64,000 bases of DNA from Epiperipatus broadwayi (GCA_028023455.1 JAQFVV010000008.1:15748001-15812000); one strand, 5' to 3'; shown: positions 27,150-41,290, counted from the stretch's first letter. A program made the numbers and translations. Notes: a model not told the origin generated them from the letters alone.

Positions 27150-28170
27150 TCAAGACAATAAAATGAAAAGTTGCAGCACTTTTGTGTTTTTTGGGGAAAA
27201 AAAGTTATAGAAATTGTTAATAAGTTTTATGACTCCCTCTCTCCCACAACTGATAGTATAGAATACAAGGAGCTAGCTAAGAAACTAACAGAATATTTTA
27301 GTCCTCGGCCACCCTGTCACATAGCTTATTTAAAACTGAAGAATAGGAAACAATTTAAAGGTGAATCAATAAAAGATTATAATTCAGCTCTTAGAGAGTT
27401 AACTAAGGATTTGAGGTAAAAAGATTATGTAGAAGAGATACTCCTTGATCAATTACTCTGGGGTATGTACAATGATAGATTGCGAGAACAACTATTAATT
27501 GTTACTGATTTAAAATACCAGAGTGCTATTCAAAAAGGCATGGCTTACAAGCTAATAAGCAAGAAAGCTCAAGGTTTTAAAAATAAAATTGAAGATAGTC
27601 TAAATATGCATATTTTTAAAATGGAGAAAACATGTAATCCACACAAACCCAAATTTGAAAAGGGAATCAAAATGGTATGTTACTGCTGTGGTAAAAATGA
27701 TCATAGAGCAAAAGAGTGTAAATGGAGAGAAATGTTTTAAATGTGGTTTTAATGGGCACATTGAGTTAAACCAAGAAAAAATGTGGCCAAAAGAATAGGG
27801 GAGGTAAACCCAATAAAAAAATTCCTGTTAAAAATATGATATAGAGGGTCAGCAACAATTAATGAATAAATTCAAAGTTTGCAGAGTAAATATAAAAACG
27901 GAAATAGATAAAGGCTCGGGGATATCTATAATATCAGGCATAGACTAAAGAGCACTATCAGCAGCGGACACTAGGTTGGCTCATGATGTAAGTGGCAGTG
28001 CATTATACTTATTGGGGCAAGTACAAACACTGGTTAGATACGATGATAAAATAATTAGATTGCCTTTACACAGAGTACAAGGTAGATTCAGCCCTATAAT
28101 AGGAGGGAGGGACTGGTTTAAAGCAATTGGAATTCAAGTTACTGTAATAAAAAAAAATTCCCTCAAAAGA
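27150..28170 (+). pseudogene. Decayed Ty3/Gypsy gag-protease fragment
   Basis: KVIEIVNK...LTEYFSPRPP..A..K.KNRKQ..GESIKDY..ALREL is homologous to the gags at 33.1-33.5 and 58.7-59.1 kb. Also a CCHC knuckle (CYCCGKNDHRAKEC) and protease remnants (IDKGSGISII; ...SPIIGGRDWF). Confidence 0.75.
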
Positions 28171-28279
28171 GAAGTTAAAAATAAATACCCAGACTCAGGG
28201 CCTTTCAGAGAAAATATGAGACCTGGAGCAACTAATATTTTAGAGGCCCTTCAAAATTTAAAATAAGAACTTGAGGAGA

Positions 28280-28790
28280 GAGAGAAGAAATGAGAGTTGT
28301 ACAGGGCCAAAAACAGGACTTCAGGAGCAGTTATAAGAGTCGCAAAACAAGCAAGCAGATCAGATCCAAATAGCACTTGGATAGGGTAGATGACAGACAA
28401 AATAAAAATGAAGAATGGAAAACATTATATCCATTCCATAAGACTGATAGGAGATTTTTCAAATCATCTCGAATGAGGATATCAATAATTCTAAAGGAAT
28501 ATCTGGAGGAAAATCAAATATAGTCTTCGTACAAATAAGGATGGCCTTCTATATTTTAACAACCATGGATCTGCTTTCCAGATAAATGATTTCCAAAAAT
28601 GCTGAATTGCCTAAATAAACACATCATTTGGAAAATAGCTAATGATGCAAATATTGAAAGTGACCACCCAAAAATAGAAATCAAGATATTTACCAGCTTG
28701 CTATTAAAAAAATGTTTTACAAAAGTGATTAATCACCAAAAGATGAATATTAAAAGTGTAAATAATAAACTACTCCAAAGATTATGATGC
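28280..28790 (+). pseudogene. Possible decayed non-LTR RT fragment
   Basis: Frame-broken similarity to early RT motifs (..FRTNK..; DFQK...LNKHIIWKI). Cut on the right by the Gypsy insertion. Weak. Confidence 0.3.
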
Positions 28791-28794
28791 CAAC

Positions 28795-31700
28795 TGTTAT
28801 ATCTTCCAGTTATAATACTCACTGGCGAACAATCTATGCAGTAAGCTAATCCTTGCCCTGACTATATATGCATACAATAATTTTATCACAAAGACTAACG
28901 CCGGTGGAATAAGAAAAACAGATTTAATTATAATACACTAATATATACATATTTACAGTGATACATTAAAACAATCATAATCTATTTATATTAACAAACC
29001 CGAAGCGACCTACTTTATAGTCCCTATTCTGACTCTTGGACGTTCGGAGGCCAGCTGTCCGCTCTGGGGCTACCGTGCTAAATAAGTGACATTCAGCACC
29101 TTTCCCAGTTCATCTGCATCGGTAGAGCTCCCAATTTTTAGTGTCAAATGCTTTACACTTTCACTCATTTTTTCAGTCCTGATTTTCTGGATTTGATTGG
29201 TCAAATCTTGTCCGTCCTGGTCGGATCAATCCCTCCCAGTTTTCCTTTTGGCTTAAGTTTTACTTTGATTGATTACCCTTTGCAGTTCGATTGCTTTTTA
29301 ATTAATCATCTTGTTTGTCTGCAAAGTTCCTTTGTTAATTAACCTTCCTATCTAAAAGGATATGTTTACATGTTGTTTTAAAAAATAACACAGCTATTAA
29401 AGTATAATATTATTTTAAATTAACGAAGTATTTTTATCTTCATGTATAAATATAACTTACGTATGAATATGCGATACATTATACACATACATACGTTTAA
29501 ATATTAAATACCTATTTACAACATTTACTATTATTATTCTGTGTGTATGTGTATTTTAATTATACACATACATAACAATACTTCCCCCAAGTTTGAAGAT
29601 TATTTGTTAGTCTTCGAACTTAAAATATAATCATTTAAATATTTGGGAGAGTTTATTTTCCTTTTTAGTCATTGCCGTGAATTATTTTCCATTTGTAGAG
29701 ATGATTTCTCTGAAGGCAAAATGTTTAATTGAAAATCAGTTTCTCGAGTGGCGCAAATTTCTGGTTTATTACCATTTTTTAGAGTCTCGTCGGTTTCTGT
29801 TGTGCAGAGATTTGGAATCCAGTCATCACTTTCATTTCTCCGTAGCTGGTTCACATGTTTTTTTAGTATCTTACCATCGCCCATGCAAACTGTCACGACT
29901 TGTTTTGACAGATGGCGAATAACGACCCCTGGAAACCATCGATTTTTTAGTGTGTTCTTTACCCACACTCTCTCTTGCGGCTGGAATTTATACAAACAAC
30001 TCTGTTGTTTGTCTCATTGTTTTGTTGGCACTATTTTTGCAAGTTTTGTTCGCAGTTTTCTGCCTAAATATATTTCCGCTGGTGATTTGCCAGATTTGGC
30101 CACTGGGGTAGAATGCTGGTGCAGAAGAGCAGTCAATACAGCTTTGTCGATTTTCATTTCACCCATTTTTTTTATAGCTGACTTGAGGCTTTGCATTGCT
30201 CTTTCAGTCAGTCCATTTGATTGGGGGTGGGAGGGAGTACATGTTTTATTCCCCAATCTTGCATGGCCTCTGCGAACTTTTCCGATGTGAAACTTGTTCC
30301 ATTATCTGAGATTAAAGTTTCTGGGAATCCGTGATGAACAAAAATCTCATACAGAGTGCTAACTGTTACCTCTATGCTGGTATTTTTCATTGTTTTATAC
30401 TCAGCCCACCCTGAATACGAGTCGACTACAACTAGAAATAAATGGCCTTCGAATGGACCACAGTGGTCTATATGGATTCGTTGCCATGGGTTGTCTGCCT
30501 TTGGCCATGTTTCAAAAGTCGATAGGGGTGCTTTAGCGCACTGTTGGCAGTTCTCACATTTCTTTATATATCTTTCTATATCTACATTGATGTTTGGTCA
30601 CCATATGATGCTACGAGCTAGGGCTTTTGCCCTCACAATGTCCGGATGTCCTTCATGAAACAATTTTAATATTTGTTGTCTCCCCACCACAGGTACCAGC
30701 ACTTGGTCGCTCCTCAAAATGCATCCTTTACATATGGATAGCTGTTCGCGGGCGTTCCATAATCGTTTGTGGAGAAAACTTGGGCATTTGTTCGGCCATC
30801 TTCCTCTTATCTTATTTATTATCCACTGATAGCCGTCATCTTCTTCTGTCCATCAAGCTACAATTTTGCTATTTAAGTTTTGCTTTTGAAGTTCTCTTTC
30901 TAATACTGCTGTTTCATCAAGATCGGTCATGCGTGATAACGCGTCTGCGTGTCCAATTTGTTTTCCCTTTTTGTATTGCAAACTGTAATCATAGCCTGCA
31001 AGAATGTTAAGCCAACATAACAATCGGGGGCTTAAATGATCAGGTGTATGTTTATTTCCGAATATTCCCAGCAGTGGTTTGTGATCAGTTATATTAGTAA
31101 ATTTCCTCCCATATAGATATTGGTGGAATTTTTTCACTCTGAACAAAAATTGTGAGCGCTTCCTTGTCCAATTGGCTATAGTTTTTTCTGCCTTGGACCA
31201 TGTGCGTGAAGCATATGCTATAGGTCGCTCTTCCGACTGGGCTGGATGACTTAGTACTGCCCCGACCCCAAATTCAGATGCGTCGGTGGTCAACATAATT
31301 TCCAGATCAGTTATAGTGTACTAATAATTTCTCTGAAGTAAGCAGCACTTTAGTGCGAATAAACACTGTTTCATCTTGCCCATCCCATTTCCATTTCTGG
31401 TTTTTTCCTCAGTAGATTATATAAAAAAGTGGCCACATGGGCTTTTCATTTTAAAAAAGATTCAAAAAATTCACCAAGCCTAGGAAAGCTTGTAGTTGCT
31501 TCACGTTTGTGGGTCTTGCTGCTTCTGCTACTGATTTAGCCTTTTCGGGGGAAGGGGATGTGCCGCTTCTCGATATAATGTGGCCCAGGAATTTAATTTC
31601 CTTAGTTTTCCAAATGCACTTTCCAGTATTCAGCTTTGCACCAAACTCATTTAACCATTCACATATCTTATCTACTCAGTTTCTAAGTTCTTTGTCTGTG

Positions 31701-34388
31701 GTCGCTGTTACAAGGATGTCGTCAAAATATGGTATGACGCCATCTAATCCATTGAGGAGAGTTTCGATTTTCGACTGAAATATGCTAGGGGCCGATGTTA
31801 TTCCGAATGGTAGTCTTTTACATTTGTATAGCCCAAGATGCGTAGTAATTGTCAGTATTCTGGACGCTTCCTCTGTAACTGGTATTTGATGGAATGTAGC
31901 GTTAAGGTCTAACTTCGCAAAGAAATTAGATTTTTGCAATGAAGCGATAACTTCTCTAGCAATTGGTACAGGGTATGCACTCTTGTTTAATGCTTTATTT
32001 ACAGTTACCCTATAATACCCACATAAGCGTATCTGACCATTAGGTTTAGTTACAATTACTACTGCAGTGGCCCAATCTGACTTTTTCGTGGGTTCCAACA
32101 CCCCTTTCTTGACGAGGTCATCAATTTCTTTTTCTACTTTTACTTTCTGAGCGAACGATACCTTTCTATGTTTGTAAATTATGGGTAGAGCTGATGTGTT
32201 CATTTCTAATGATACCGGCTCAGTTTTAATAATTCCCGGCTCCCCATTAAATAAATTTGGAATTTTATTTTCCATTTCTTTTTCCAACTCAACATTTTGT
32301 AAGAATGTCAATCTAATCCCTAATTTATTAAACCACTCATGGCCGATTAATGGACTTATCGGGGCATGTACTATATATAATGGTAAATTGACAATTTTAC
32401 CCTCTACTCTATTTACTGGAGCATTAACCATGCCCTTTATTTTAATAGCATTGCCATTTACGTCTAACACTTTCATGTCAGTTTTTACTATTTCGGGTTT
32501 TTGCTTACAATTTTCTGTAATGGTCTGCCAATCGCGTAGTGAAATTAGGGTTATACCGCTCCCACTGTCCACTTCCATGTCTATAGGGCGATCGTATATT
32601 TTAACTTTTATAATTATTTTCTCATTAAGACTGGTTGCTGTACTGTTAATCATTGTAAACTGTTTTTCTTTTCCCTGTAATTTATGGTTAGGACTGTTTC
32701 TTGTGTGTAGTGTTTCATTTTGGTCTCTCCAACACGTTTTGCCTATACCCTTTCTTATTACATAATTTACATTGTTCGTGTCTAAAATAGAACGCCTTTT
32801 TTTTCCACAACAAAAACAGATAACAGGGTTTCTATTATTACTGCCATTACTTTCATTATTTTCTGTGGATTTCTGTTCCACTGTTTTGAAAGTTTTGTAA
32901 ACTTCGTTCTGCTTATTCCCCCCATTATTGAATTCTGCGTATTTTTTGGACTGTTCCAAGACGAGCTCGTAGGCTTCGCTACGTTTGACTGCCTCCATGT
33001 AATCGAGATTCGTTACTGACAGTAGCTGTTGCCATAAGATGTTGCTGTTTATGCCTGTCAGGAACTGTTCAAGGAGAGCTTCATCTAAGTAAAAACCATA
33101 CACGAAGTCTTTAGCAAACACTCACAGTGCACAATCAAAATCCTTAATCGTTTCATTTCTAGCTTGCAGACGATGGCGGAACTGTAGTCTAGCAACGTAA
33201 CGTGAAGGAGTGGGGTTAAAATAATTACCCAATTGCTCTTTGAAGTCACTGTATGAGCATTGCTCGGGGGTTAAAGGCGCTACTAACCGATTTGCGATTT
33301 CTATAACCGCTTTACCTGCGAAACATAATACGGCGGCTATTTTATACTTATCATCTTCGACTCTATTAATAAAAAGATACTTTTCTATGTGTTCACCATA
33401 CTTTCGGCCAACTGCTCATCTCGTTTATGTCAAATTTGCCAATGGCCATATGCAATTTATCCATTATACCCAAATATTGTACTTAAAAAATTTCTGCTTT
33501 GTGTAAATGGTGAATATCAGCAATTTTAATACACACTACTCTAGCTTTACCAGGTTCGAACTCTTGACTGCGCAAAATGTTATATCCGCCAGTTATAATA
33601 CTTACTGGGGAACAATCTATGCAGTAAGCTAACCCTTGCCCTGACTATATATGCATACAATAATTTTATCACAAAGACTAACGCCGGTGAAATAAGAAAA
33701 ACAGATTTAATTATAATACACTAATACATACATACTTACAGTAATACATTAAAACAATCATAATCTATTTATATTAACAAACCCGAAGATATACAAAAAC
33801 AATAATGAAGATCTATGCGACCTACTTTATAGTCCCATGCTGACTCTTGGACGTTCGGAGGCCAGCTGAAGGCTCTGGGGCTACCGTGCTAAATAAGTGA
33901 TGTTCAGCGCCTTTCCCAGTTCATCTGCATCGGTAGAGCTCCCAGTTTTTAGTGTCAAATGCTTTACACTTTCACTCATTTTTTCAGTCCTGATTTTCTG
34001 GATTTGATTGGTCAAATCTTGTCCGTCCTGGTCGGATCAATCCCTCCCAGTTTACCTTTTGGCTTAAGTTTTACTTTGATTGATTACCCTTTGCAGTTCG
34101 ATTGCTTTTTAATTAATCATTTTGTTTGTCTGCAAAGTTCCTTCGTTAATTAACCTTCCTATCTAAAAGGATTTGTTTACATGTTGTTTTAAAAAATAAC
34201 ACAGCTATTAAAGTATAATATTATTTTAAATTAACGAAGTATTTTTATGTTCACATATATATATAACTTACATATGTATATGCGATACATTATACACATA
34301 CATATGTTTAAATATTAAATCCCTATTTACAACATTTACTATTATTATTTTGTGTGTATGTGTATTTTAATTATACACATACATAACA
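28795..34388 (-). mobile_element. Full-length Ty3/Gypsy LTR retrotransposon (Mag-like single gag-pol architecture), inactivated
   Basis: LTRs 28795-29577 and 33578-34388 (TG...CA; 9 mismatches in the first ~210 bp plus a 29-bp indel). 5-bp TSD CCAAC at 28790-28794 and 34389-34393. PBS-like at 33551-33575; PPT TTGGGGGAAG next to 29578. Domain order gag-CCHC-PR-RT-RH-INT. Confidence 0.95.
29669..33464 (-). pseudogene. gag-pol of the 28795-34388 element (frameshifts and stops)
   Basis: ATG at 33464. Motifs: PR MEVDSGSG, RT PYFDDIL, RNase H TTDASEFGVGAVL and TDHKPL, integrase HIDHCGP / SDNGTSF / SNGLTERA, and a C-terminal SH3-like KFQPQERVWVKN...HVNQLR. Broken by a +1 shift near 33400, a TGA near 33125 and further lesions. 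Confidence 0.92.
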
Positions 34389-36149
34389 CCAACCAAGTAA
34401 GTAAAATAAAAGATAATAAATTTTATAATTGTAGCATCTTAAGGAAAGAAACCTCGATGTGATTTAGAGATGATGAGGGATGCTAGTAGGTCCTCATTTT
34501 ATAATAAAGAAATTGTTTAGAAATAACACTAGAATACTAAAAACATTCTGTAGTGAAACACAAAGTAATGAAACAAAATAGTTGGTTGGTATGTCAATTT
34601 CCACCATCATCTGGGAGACAAGGGTAGATCATGTTAAGGTACATTTCTCAAGTATATGTTTACATTGAATTGAGTAATCAGATGTGCATACTTTATTATT
34701 TATATTGACTTATTTTTATTATAGTTTTATATGGCACCTTTCTCTGGAATAAAACTGCAGTTGAAACTTTTCTGTGGCTATCTGGATACCAACTGAATAC
34801 TCCTGATACTTATGGTTAATTGGAGCAACACTTGAAGCAGATGATCCTGTGTATAGCAATAATCTACTTGTTTCTTATATGGTACTAAATGCACATTACT
34901 GTAGCACTGATTCTCAACTCTTATGCATGTCAGATTGCTTCTATGAATATATCATGGCATAGTTGTGCATGCAATTAATTGGTGGCCTGGGAATGATACA
35001 GCACCAGCAATAAGATGCCTATTAATAGCATAAATTTGTGTTACTGTGAAGCTAAGTCCTTGGTAACAACGGATATATAATAGAAAACTTTAAATAATGA
35101 AAAATGTTCATTTCCATTTCATTCTCACCATTTTAAGAAATGGATATTGTAATATGGTAGATGATGATTCTGGCCATGTCAGATATTACAAAGAAGGTCA
35201 ATAATAGTTCAGAAAGTGAGGATAACCTGAACAGAAGTTCACAACCATCTTATCTCAAGTCTCAGCTCTACTAAGGATAAGATAAATTAATAATTTATTC
35301 TTAATAGATAAATGAAAAAAAAAAAACTATTTCTTTTCATGCTTTTTTCTTAGAATAGCAATTATTAAACTAATAAAAATAATAGCATGCATTAAATGAT
35401 AATATGATAAATTTCAGATATTTTAAAATGATAAGAATATGAATAATCAATATTTAAGATTAGTTGTAAAAGTAAGAAAAGTATAAAAAAAGAATAAAGT
35501 AAATATTTTTTTCTCTCTCTCTTTTCAGTAATTTTATATATTTATCTTTTTTCTAAGAAAAAAAATAATAATAATGTATTAACAATTTTTAAAAGAATGC
35601 TGTTTTTAATTAATTAAAATTGGATTTTTTTTTTTTGTTTTCTCTCTAAAGAAATAACACATATTTGGAAAATTTAAAGGATTATCCTTCTTCTAGTAAT
35701 TAAAAAAAAAAACTACATAGGAATTTTTCAAAAAATATATGACTGGAAATCTTAATGGGAAAAAAAATATTTTTGTAAAAGAGAATCAATTAGTCAAGGT
35801 TTAATGCTATCATTTCTGAAATAGTGTATGATTAGATAGATAAGATTTTCAAAAAAATAAATATTGTGATGAAGTTAGACCATTTCAAATCTGCTCAGTA
35901 AGTCAGTCTCATTCCAACTATTGAAAAAAGAAAAAAAGTAGCAGCTGAGATCTTGCAAAAAACAGTGAAAAGTTAAGCTTGTAGTCCAAAGTTAAACTAA
36001 CCTTATTTCTAGTTTTGAAAAATGATTTTTGAAAGAATTGCAGGAAATTATGTGTTAAGCATTACCTAAAACCTGAGCAACATCAATCCAAATGTAGCCT
36101 TGATCACTAAAAGAAAATGTAGAACATACCTGAAATAACTTTGTGACAA

Positions 36150-36500
36150 ACCTTCCAAAATTACGATTATCTCTAGCCTATGCTAACCTGTCCTGGAAAT
36201 CTGTGATACTCTGAAAATTATATTGTGAAATGGATAAACTTAGTCAGTGCTAATCTGACTTGGAAATTGTATTACTCTGACAATTATTACTGCAAAATTG
36301 ATAAACCTAACTTATGCTAACCTGATCTAAAAATCTGGGTAAATCTGGACATTTTTATTATCATTTTAAACTGAACAAACACTTGAAGCCACAAAAGTAA
36401 GTTAATGATAAAAACTTCTAATGAAAACAATGAATAGATTTAAATGGTGCTAACTTATCCTGGAAATGATTATAATTTTAAACTGAACATTTAGAGAAAC
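36150..36500. repeat. Degenerate ~67-bp minisatellite
   Basis: TGCTAA(C/T)CTG..CTGGAAAT motif at 36181, 36248, 36315 and 36447. Confidence 0.55.
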
Positions 36501-39051
36501 AAGAAGGAAAAGCTGACCTGAAAAAAACTGAAAATTATAATTACAAAAGAAAAACTAGGAAAATAAAATTAATGCTAATGAGGTATTGTAATGTGCACAT
36601 CTATATTTACAAATAATTTTTTTATATTAATAAGTCACTATGACGAATAATTTTAATATTTTGTTAAGTTTCTGAAATTATTTTTTGTGTTAATGTCTTT
36701 ATTCCTCTAGCTATCTGCTCTGTGAATTGGCAGTGTATGCCCTTATTTCATCAGTATTGTACTGTAAAGAGTTTGTAAATTATTCCAGTAAAACTATTTA
36801 AGATAAAATGGATTAAACTTATGCATCTATATTTCCTCTTGTTCACTATCATGGTCTCTAGGATCCTAGTGATCCTGAGCTAGTTCATAAGCCATAACAA
36901 TTAATTTGTATAGATGTAGGGATATATGCTTGCATCTGGGCATCAAGTTGGTTTTCTGGATGAACAAAGATCAAGATCATCTTTAAAGTACATTGTCCAA
37001 CTATTTATACAGATTGGAAATTAGTTTATTGTTGGCCTATACATTCATGGTACCATATGGCCAAAAAATTTATGATCAGCATATATCAGGATCCCAACAA
37101 TTTTTAATTATTATAGATACTTTGGAACTTAAGTATGTATCTGTAGATGATTGTTTTCATATTACACCCTGGGTTTAACATTGGCTACATAAATGGTCTT
37201 TATGTTCATACTGGACCTCTTTTGAATTCAATCACAAAGAATGACTGTTGATTATTCATGTTTAGTGATGGTGATGGAACTTATTATTGTAACTACTTAT
37301 TTCATTGTTTGTTGATTATCTCATGCTCCATTTATAACTGTTGATAACTATTCAGGGATAATGATTTCCCATTTTCTCATATACCCCACACTTTGTATCA
37401 TTACAAAAGACATCCAATTTTAATTCATTAAAAAAAGCATTCTTTAACAAAATGTTGATAACTTTTTTTTTTCTTTTTTAAAAATTGATAAACATATAGA
37501 TAGATAAAAATTATTGAATAGAAAGAAAAAAAATTATTTAATTTTTTCTTTACACATTTTCTTCTCATTTACAACTACCCTTAACAAACATTTATTATTT
37601 GTATTCTTATTATTTAAAATATCTTTAATTTGCTGTCTTATTTAATGAATGCTACTATTTTCATAAATTTAATAATTGCTATTCTGAGGCAAAAAAAATG
37701 TAAAGAAATAATTACTCTCATTTACCTATTAAATACAAATTATTATTAATCTATTTTAACCCGAGTAAAGTTAAGACTAAGATGAAAAATGATGGTAAAC
37801 TCCTGATCAGATTATTTCTATTCTCTTAACAATATTATTCTTAATTGTAATACCTGACTAGACCAAAGTTGGCCACTATCTAACATATTACAATATATAT
37901 GCAGACATCTAATAGTTTTAATGAAAAATGTAATTTATTAAAATTTTATTTATGCAGCAATATATTTGGCTGTATGTTTGATTATAATAAAAACAGCATA
38001 TTAATAAATGTGAACTTTCATACTATCAAATACAATCTCTGACAGCAAATCTTATATAAATTTATTCTGTTCCAACTCTATTGTAAAAAAATAATGCTTA
38101 GAAGATACATCAGCCTAAACAGGCATTTTCCAAAGCTAAAGATTTAATACTGGACTTTTCATGGTTATCTTTTCAATCACTAACAGTATGTAAGATATAA
38201 AAGATGTGCTTTAATTTTTAGTTATAATATATTCATAAGTTTAATAACTGATTATTACACAATTATAATTTATTTTCGGTACACCTTATCTTCAAATAAG
38301 GCTTTTTGTTAAACATTTATACACAGATAGTACTGATTTTTAATGAACATGTAAACAATTTATGACTGATTCTATATTTAGCACTAAGAACATAAACCTA
38401 TTTCACAGTACAAACAAGTCCAAATGTGTTACAAAGATAATTTTCATGAAAAGTCTCTAATAAATCATTTAAATAAATTTGTAAATAATATTATGCCAAT
38501 GCTGATCTATTTTATCTGACAAAGTAGATGAGCAATGATATATCAAAAAGAAACTTTTTATAGATTAAATAATTATTTGGGGTTGTATTCAGACTTATAG
38601 GCAATGATATATCAAAAAGTGGATATTATTTATAAATTTATTTATTAAATGATTTTTGGAGAATTTTTTCTGATATGTTTGCTCTGTGTTAAGAAATAAA
38701 ATAAAATAACCTGGTAAATGTTAAAATAAAAAACTGATGTTAAAGATTATTCATAACTCTCAAAGTGAGATGGTTAAATTAAATGGCATCAAAACAAAAT
38801 TGTAAGTTCAATGAAAATAATGCTATAAATTTAAAAATCAATCTATACAAAAAAACCTGTCTATAACCAAAAATTCTCACTACCTGAAATGAAGCGAAGA
38901 AAAACATAATGAGAGCAATATAAACAAGACATATATTTTTATCAGTTTGCAACAGAAATCAAACTTTATGAATTTTGTTTTTTATGAATGTGAATTCTGG
39001 AAAACAACTCATTGAGTGATTCAAAATTTATAAATATTTATATGATAACAA

Positions 39052-39137
39052 TCAATCCTTAAGCTATCAACGATCTCAACCTGTAGTCAAGGCAACCTCC
39101 TTTAACAGGATGAGATTGTTGATGGCTTAGGGGTTGA
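39052..39137 (+). ncRNA. Isolated 86-nt hairpin, pre-miRNA-like
   Basis: 39052-39078 pairs with 39111-39137 over 27 bp with four G-U pairs and no mismatch on the plus strand, then an A-A mismatch, 5 bp (CCTGT/ACAGG) and a 20-nt loop. Expression unknown. Confidence 0.35.
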
Positions 39138-39954
39138 CTGTTGTCATCTAAATTTATAACTTATTAAAGCCTTAAGTAATTGGCTTTACTGTCTTAATAA
39201 ACATTTATAAACAAATGCTTTTATATTTTCAACATGTGATAGGCAAGAGGTACATCAAACAATTTACATTTAATCTCCAATTAGAGATTAAATGTTAGAA
39301 ATAACTATAGATGAATAAGAAACTATGAAGAACTGAAAATATTGTGAAGCTCTGGTAACAATATGAATGTTGGCATTGAGCAGATTTAAAACAATATAAA
39401 AAACGGTTCAGTAAAGAGATTAAAGCAGATGCAGAAAATCAAACTGCATAGAGAAAATTTGTTATTGTCTTTTAACATAAAATTTTTTAAAAAAAATGGC
39501 AGTCTGATTGATTATAATTATTAATATAAATAAGCACAACTGATTATCAAAGCTTTATTATAACTGTTAGCTTTAAATATCTAAGCATGTAACGGTCAAT
39601 TATTTAATGTTTTTTCATGTAATGGATGAGTTCAAATCCATTGCTATAAGTTCATAATTCTTCAATGTTTCTCAGTAATATTAATCTACATTCTACAATC
39701 CCATAGTTGCAAAAAAAACATTGACAGAAAAAACAACAACTTATATTCAAACTTTTACCAGAGCTAATAATATATCAAATGTAATTTTTTTCCCCACCAT
39801 TTTTATTATCCTTTAAATTTTCTTATTTTAGATAAATGCTAGAAATATTATAGTTTAAGTTTCCATTCCGTTCTTAACAAAAACACATATGATCCAAGTA
39901 GATTATTACTTTAAAAAATTGCTAAAAATAAGATTTTAAACAAGTCTTTCTTAC

Positions 39955-40143
39955 CTGAATCACTAACTTGCTGTTGAGAAAGAATTCTCTTATTTACTTC
40001 TTCAGTAAATTCTTGAAACACGTTTTCATCATATAATACAATTATGATATCAGTTAGATATTTATGACCTTGATTATTATTGTACTGATCCACTGCATTA
40101 AAAAATATCTGCACCAGTTTACTAATAGAGAAACCATACAAAC
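39955..40143 (-). CDS. PARP14-like: Internal exon (189 nt, phase 1-1): end of the first macrodomain and linker
   Basis: Acceptor ttgtcag|, donor |gtaaga. Encodes (G)LYGFSISKLVQIFFNAVDQYNNNQGHKYLTDIIIVLYDENVFQEFTEEVNKRILSQQQVSDS, continuing AFPAFGT-G from 60829-60996. Confidence 0.9.
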
Positions 40144-41164
40144 CTGACAATATATATATATTAAAAAGTAAACAATGATTTAAAAAAAATTTTTTTTTAA
40201 TAATTAATCTTAAAATGCTAAATTAAAAGCACTATGCTTATTATTTTCATGTCAAGCTTAATTATACATTATTGATTAAATAAAGATTAGTCTTAAATTT
40301 AATAAAACTGATTAAAAGTTTACCTCAACATCTTGGTTCAAATGTGGATAAAAACTAAAAATTTTCATACCACTAGCAGAGAAGATAATAGCAATGCAAT
40401 ATTATTCTTTTATTAAGGTTTAGCATATGAGATGACAAAGCAATAAATATCACAAATGTATGACAATAGCTTTCTTCCCCATATCTGCATAACTCAGAAA
40501 ATAAAAAAATTAACAAAGATTCATTTGGATAATTACTTATTTATATATCTGCATAACTCAGAAAATAGAATACAGATTTGGATAATTGCTTATATATATC
40601 CTTTTAGTCACTTTATTGATTCAGTGACAATAGTTGTAGATTATTATGTTTAGAAGAACTTACTGTAGTTAAGGCAGTCATAAATTTGAATATCATCATT
40701 GAATGAGTGCAAAGTATTTACAACAGATGATAAGAAGCAGGTTATTAACAGATGATGAAAAGTAGGTTATTTCTGACATTTCCACAAATAATAAAAACTA
40801 ATTATTACAAACAAAACAGTCCCATCCAGAAACTAGCAAATTATTGTAAAAAGTTCTTGAAAATTAAATATTCTGATATGCAGTGGTTTTGTTAATGATC
40901 ATTCTATATATTTTCATAATGGTGATTCAATATTTTTGAGACCTTACAGTTTTGATATGTGTTAAGTCTTTAAAATGACATTGCTACTATTATATTATTG
41001 TTGCTTAACATGGCATTTGCAATTATGTTTGATCTTGTATATGACTCTAGAGTGTTCTTCTTTACAATAACAGTTTTAATCGCAAATCTTTTTTTTTTGT
41101 TTTGATTTTAAAGTCTTCAAGTTTGTAATCTTACATATTAATTCTAGTTAAATTTAGCTATGGA

Positions 41165-41290
41165 TATTGCTATGTTTGGTAGTGTAATTCTTGCTTTCCA
41201 GACCACATTAGCTCAAAATTTATTCCTTGATAAAAACCACAAAAAATAGAGTTAAAATTTAGTATTTACTATAATGTTATGGAACAAAAC
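41165..41290 (-). mobile_element. LTR fragment related to the LTR end at 54500-54600
   Basis: TCTTGCT.TCCAGACC.CAT...AAATTTAT.CCTTG.TAAAAACCAC...TTAAAATTTAGTATTTA is shared by both sites. Confidence 0.5.

Noticed and set aside
29677-33506. Plus-strand ORFs of 60-194 aa (also 48202-48948 and 57416-57901)
   Set aside because: Antisense shadows of retroelement reading frames.
29148-34153. Duplicated 64-aa ORFs at 29148-29342 and 33959-34153
   Set aside because: They lie in the two LTRs on the antisense strand; duplication is explained by the LTRs.
34700-35080. Coding-looking stretch on the minus strand (...GAVSFPG...)
   Set aside because: Stops in every frame, no splice sites fitting the gene, no identifiable domain.
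40655-40770. Open stretch ending in a consensus phase-1 donor (A|gtaagt)
   Set aside because: No in-frame acceptor before the upstream TAA, and 60829 to 40143 joins correctly as AFGT-GLYG.
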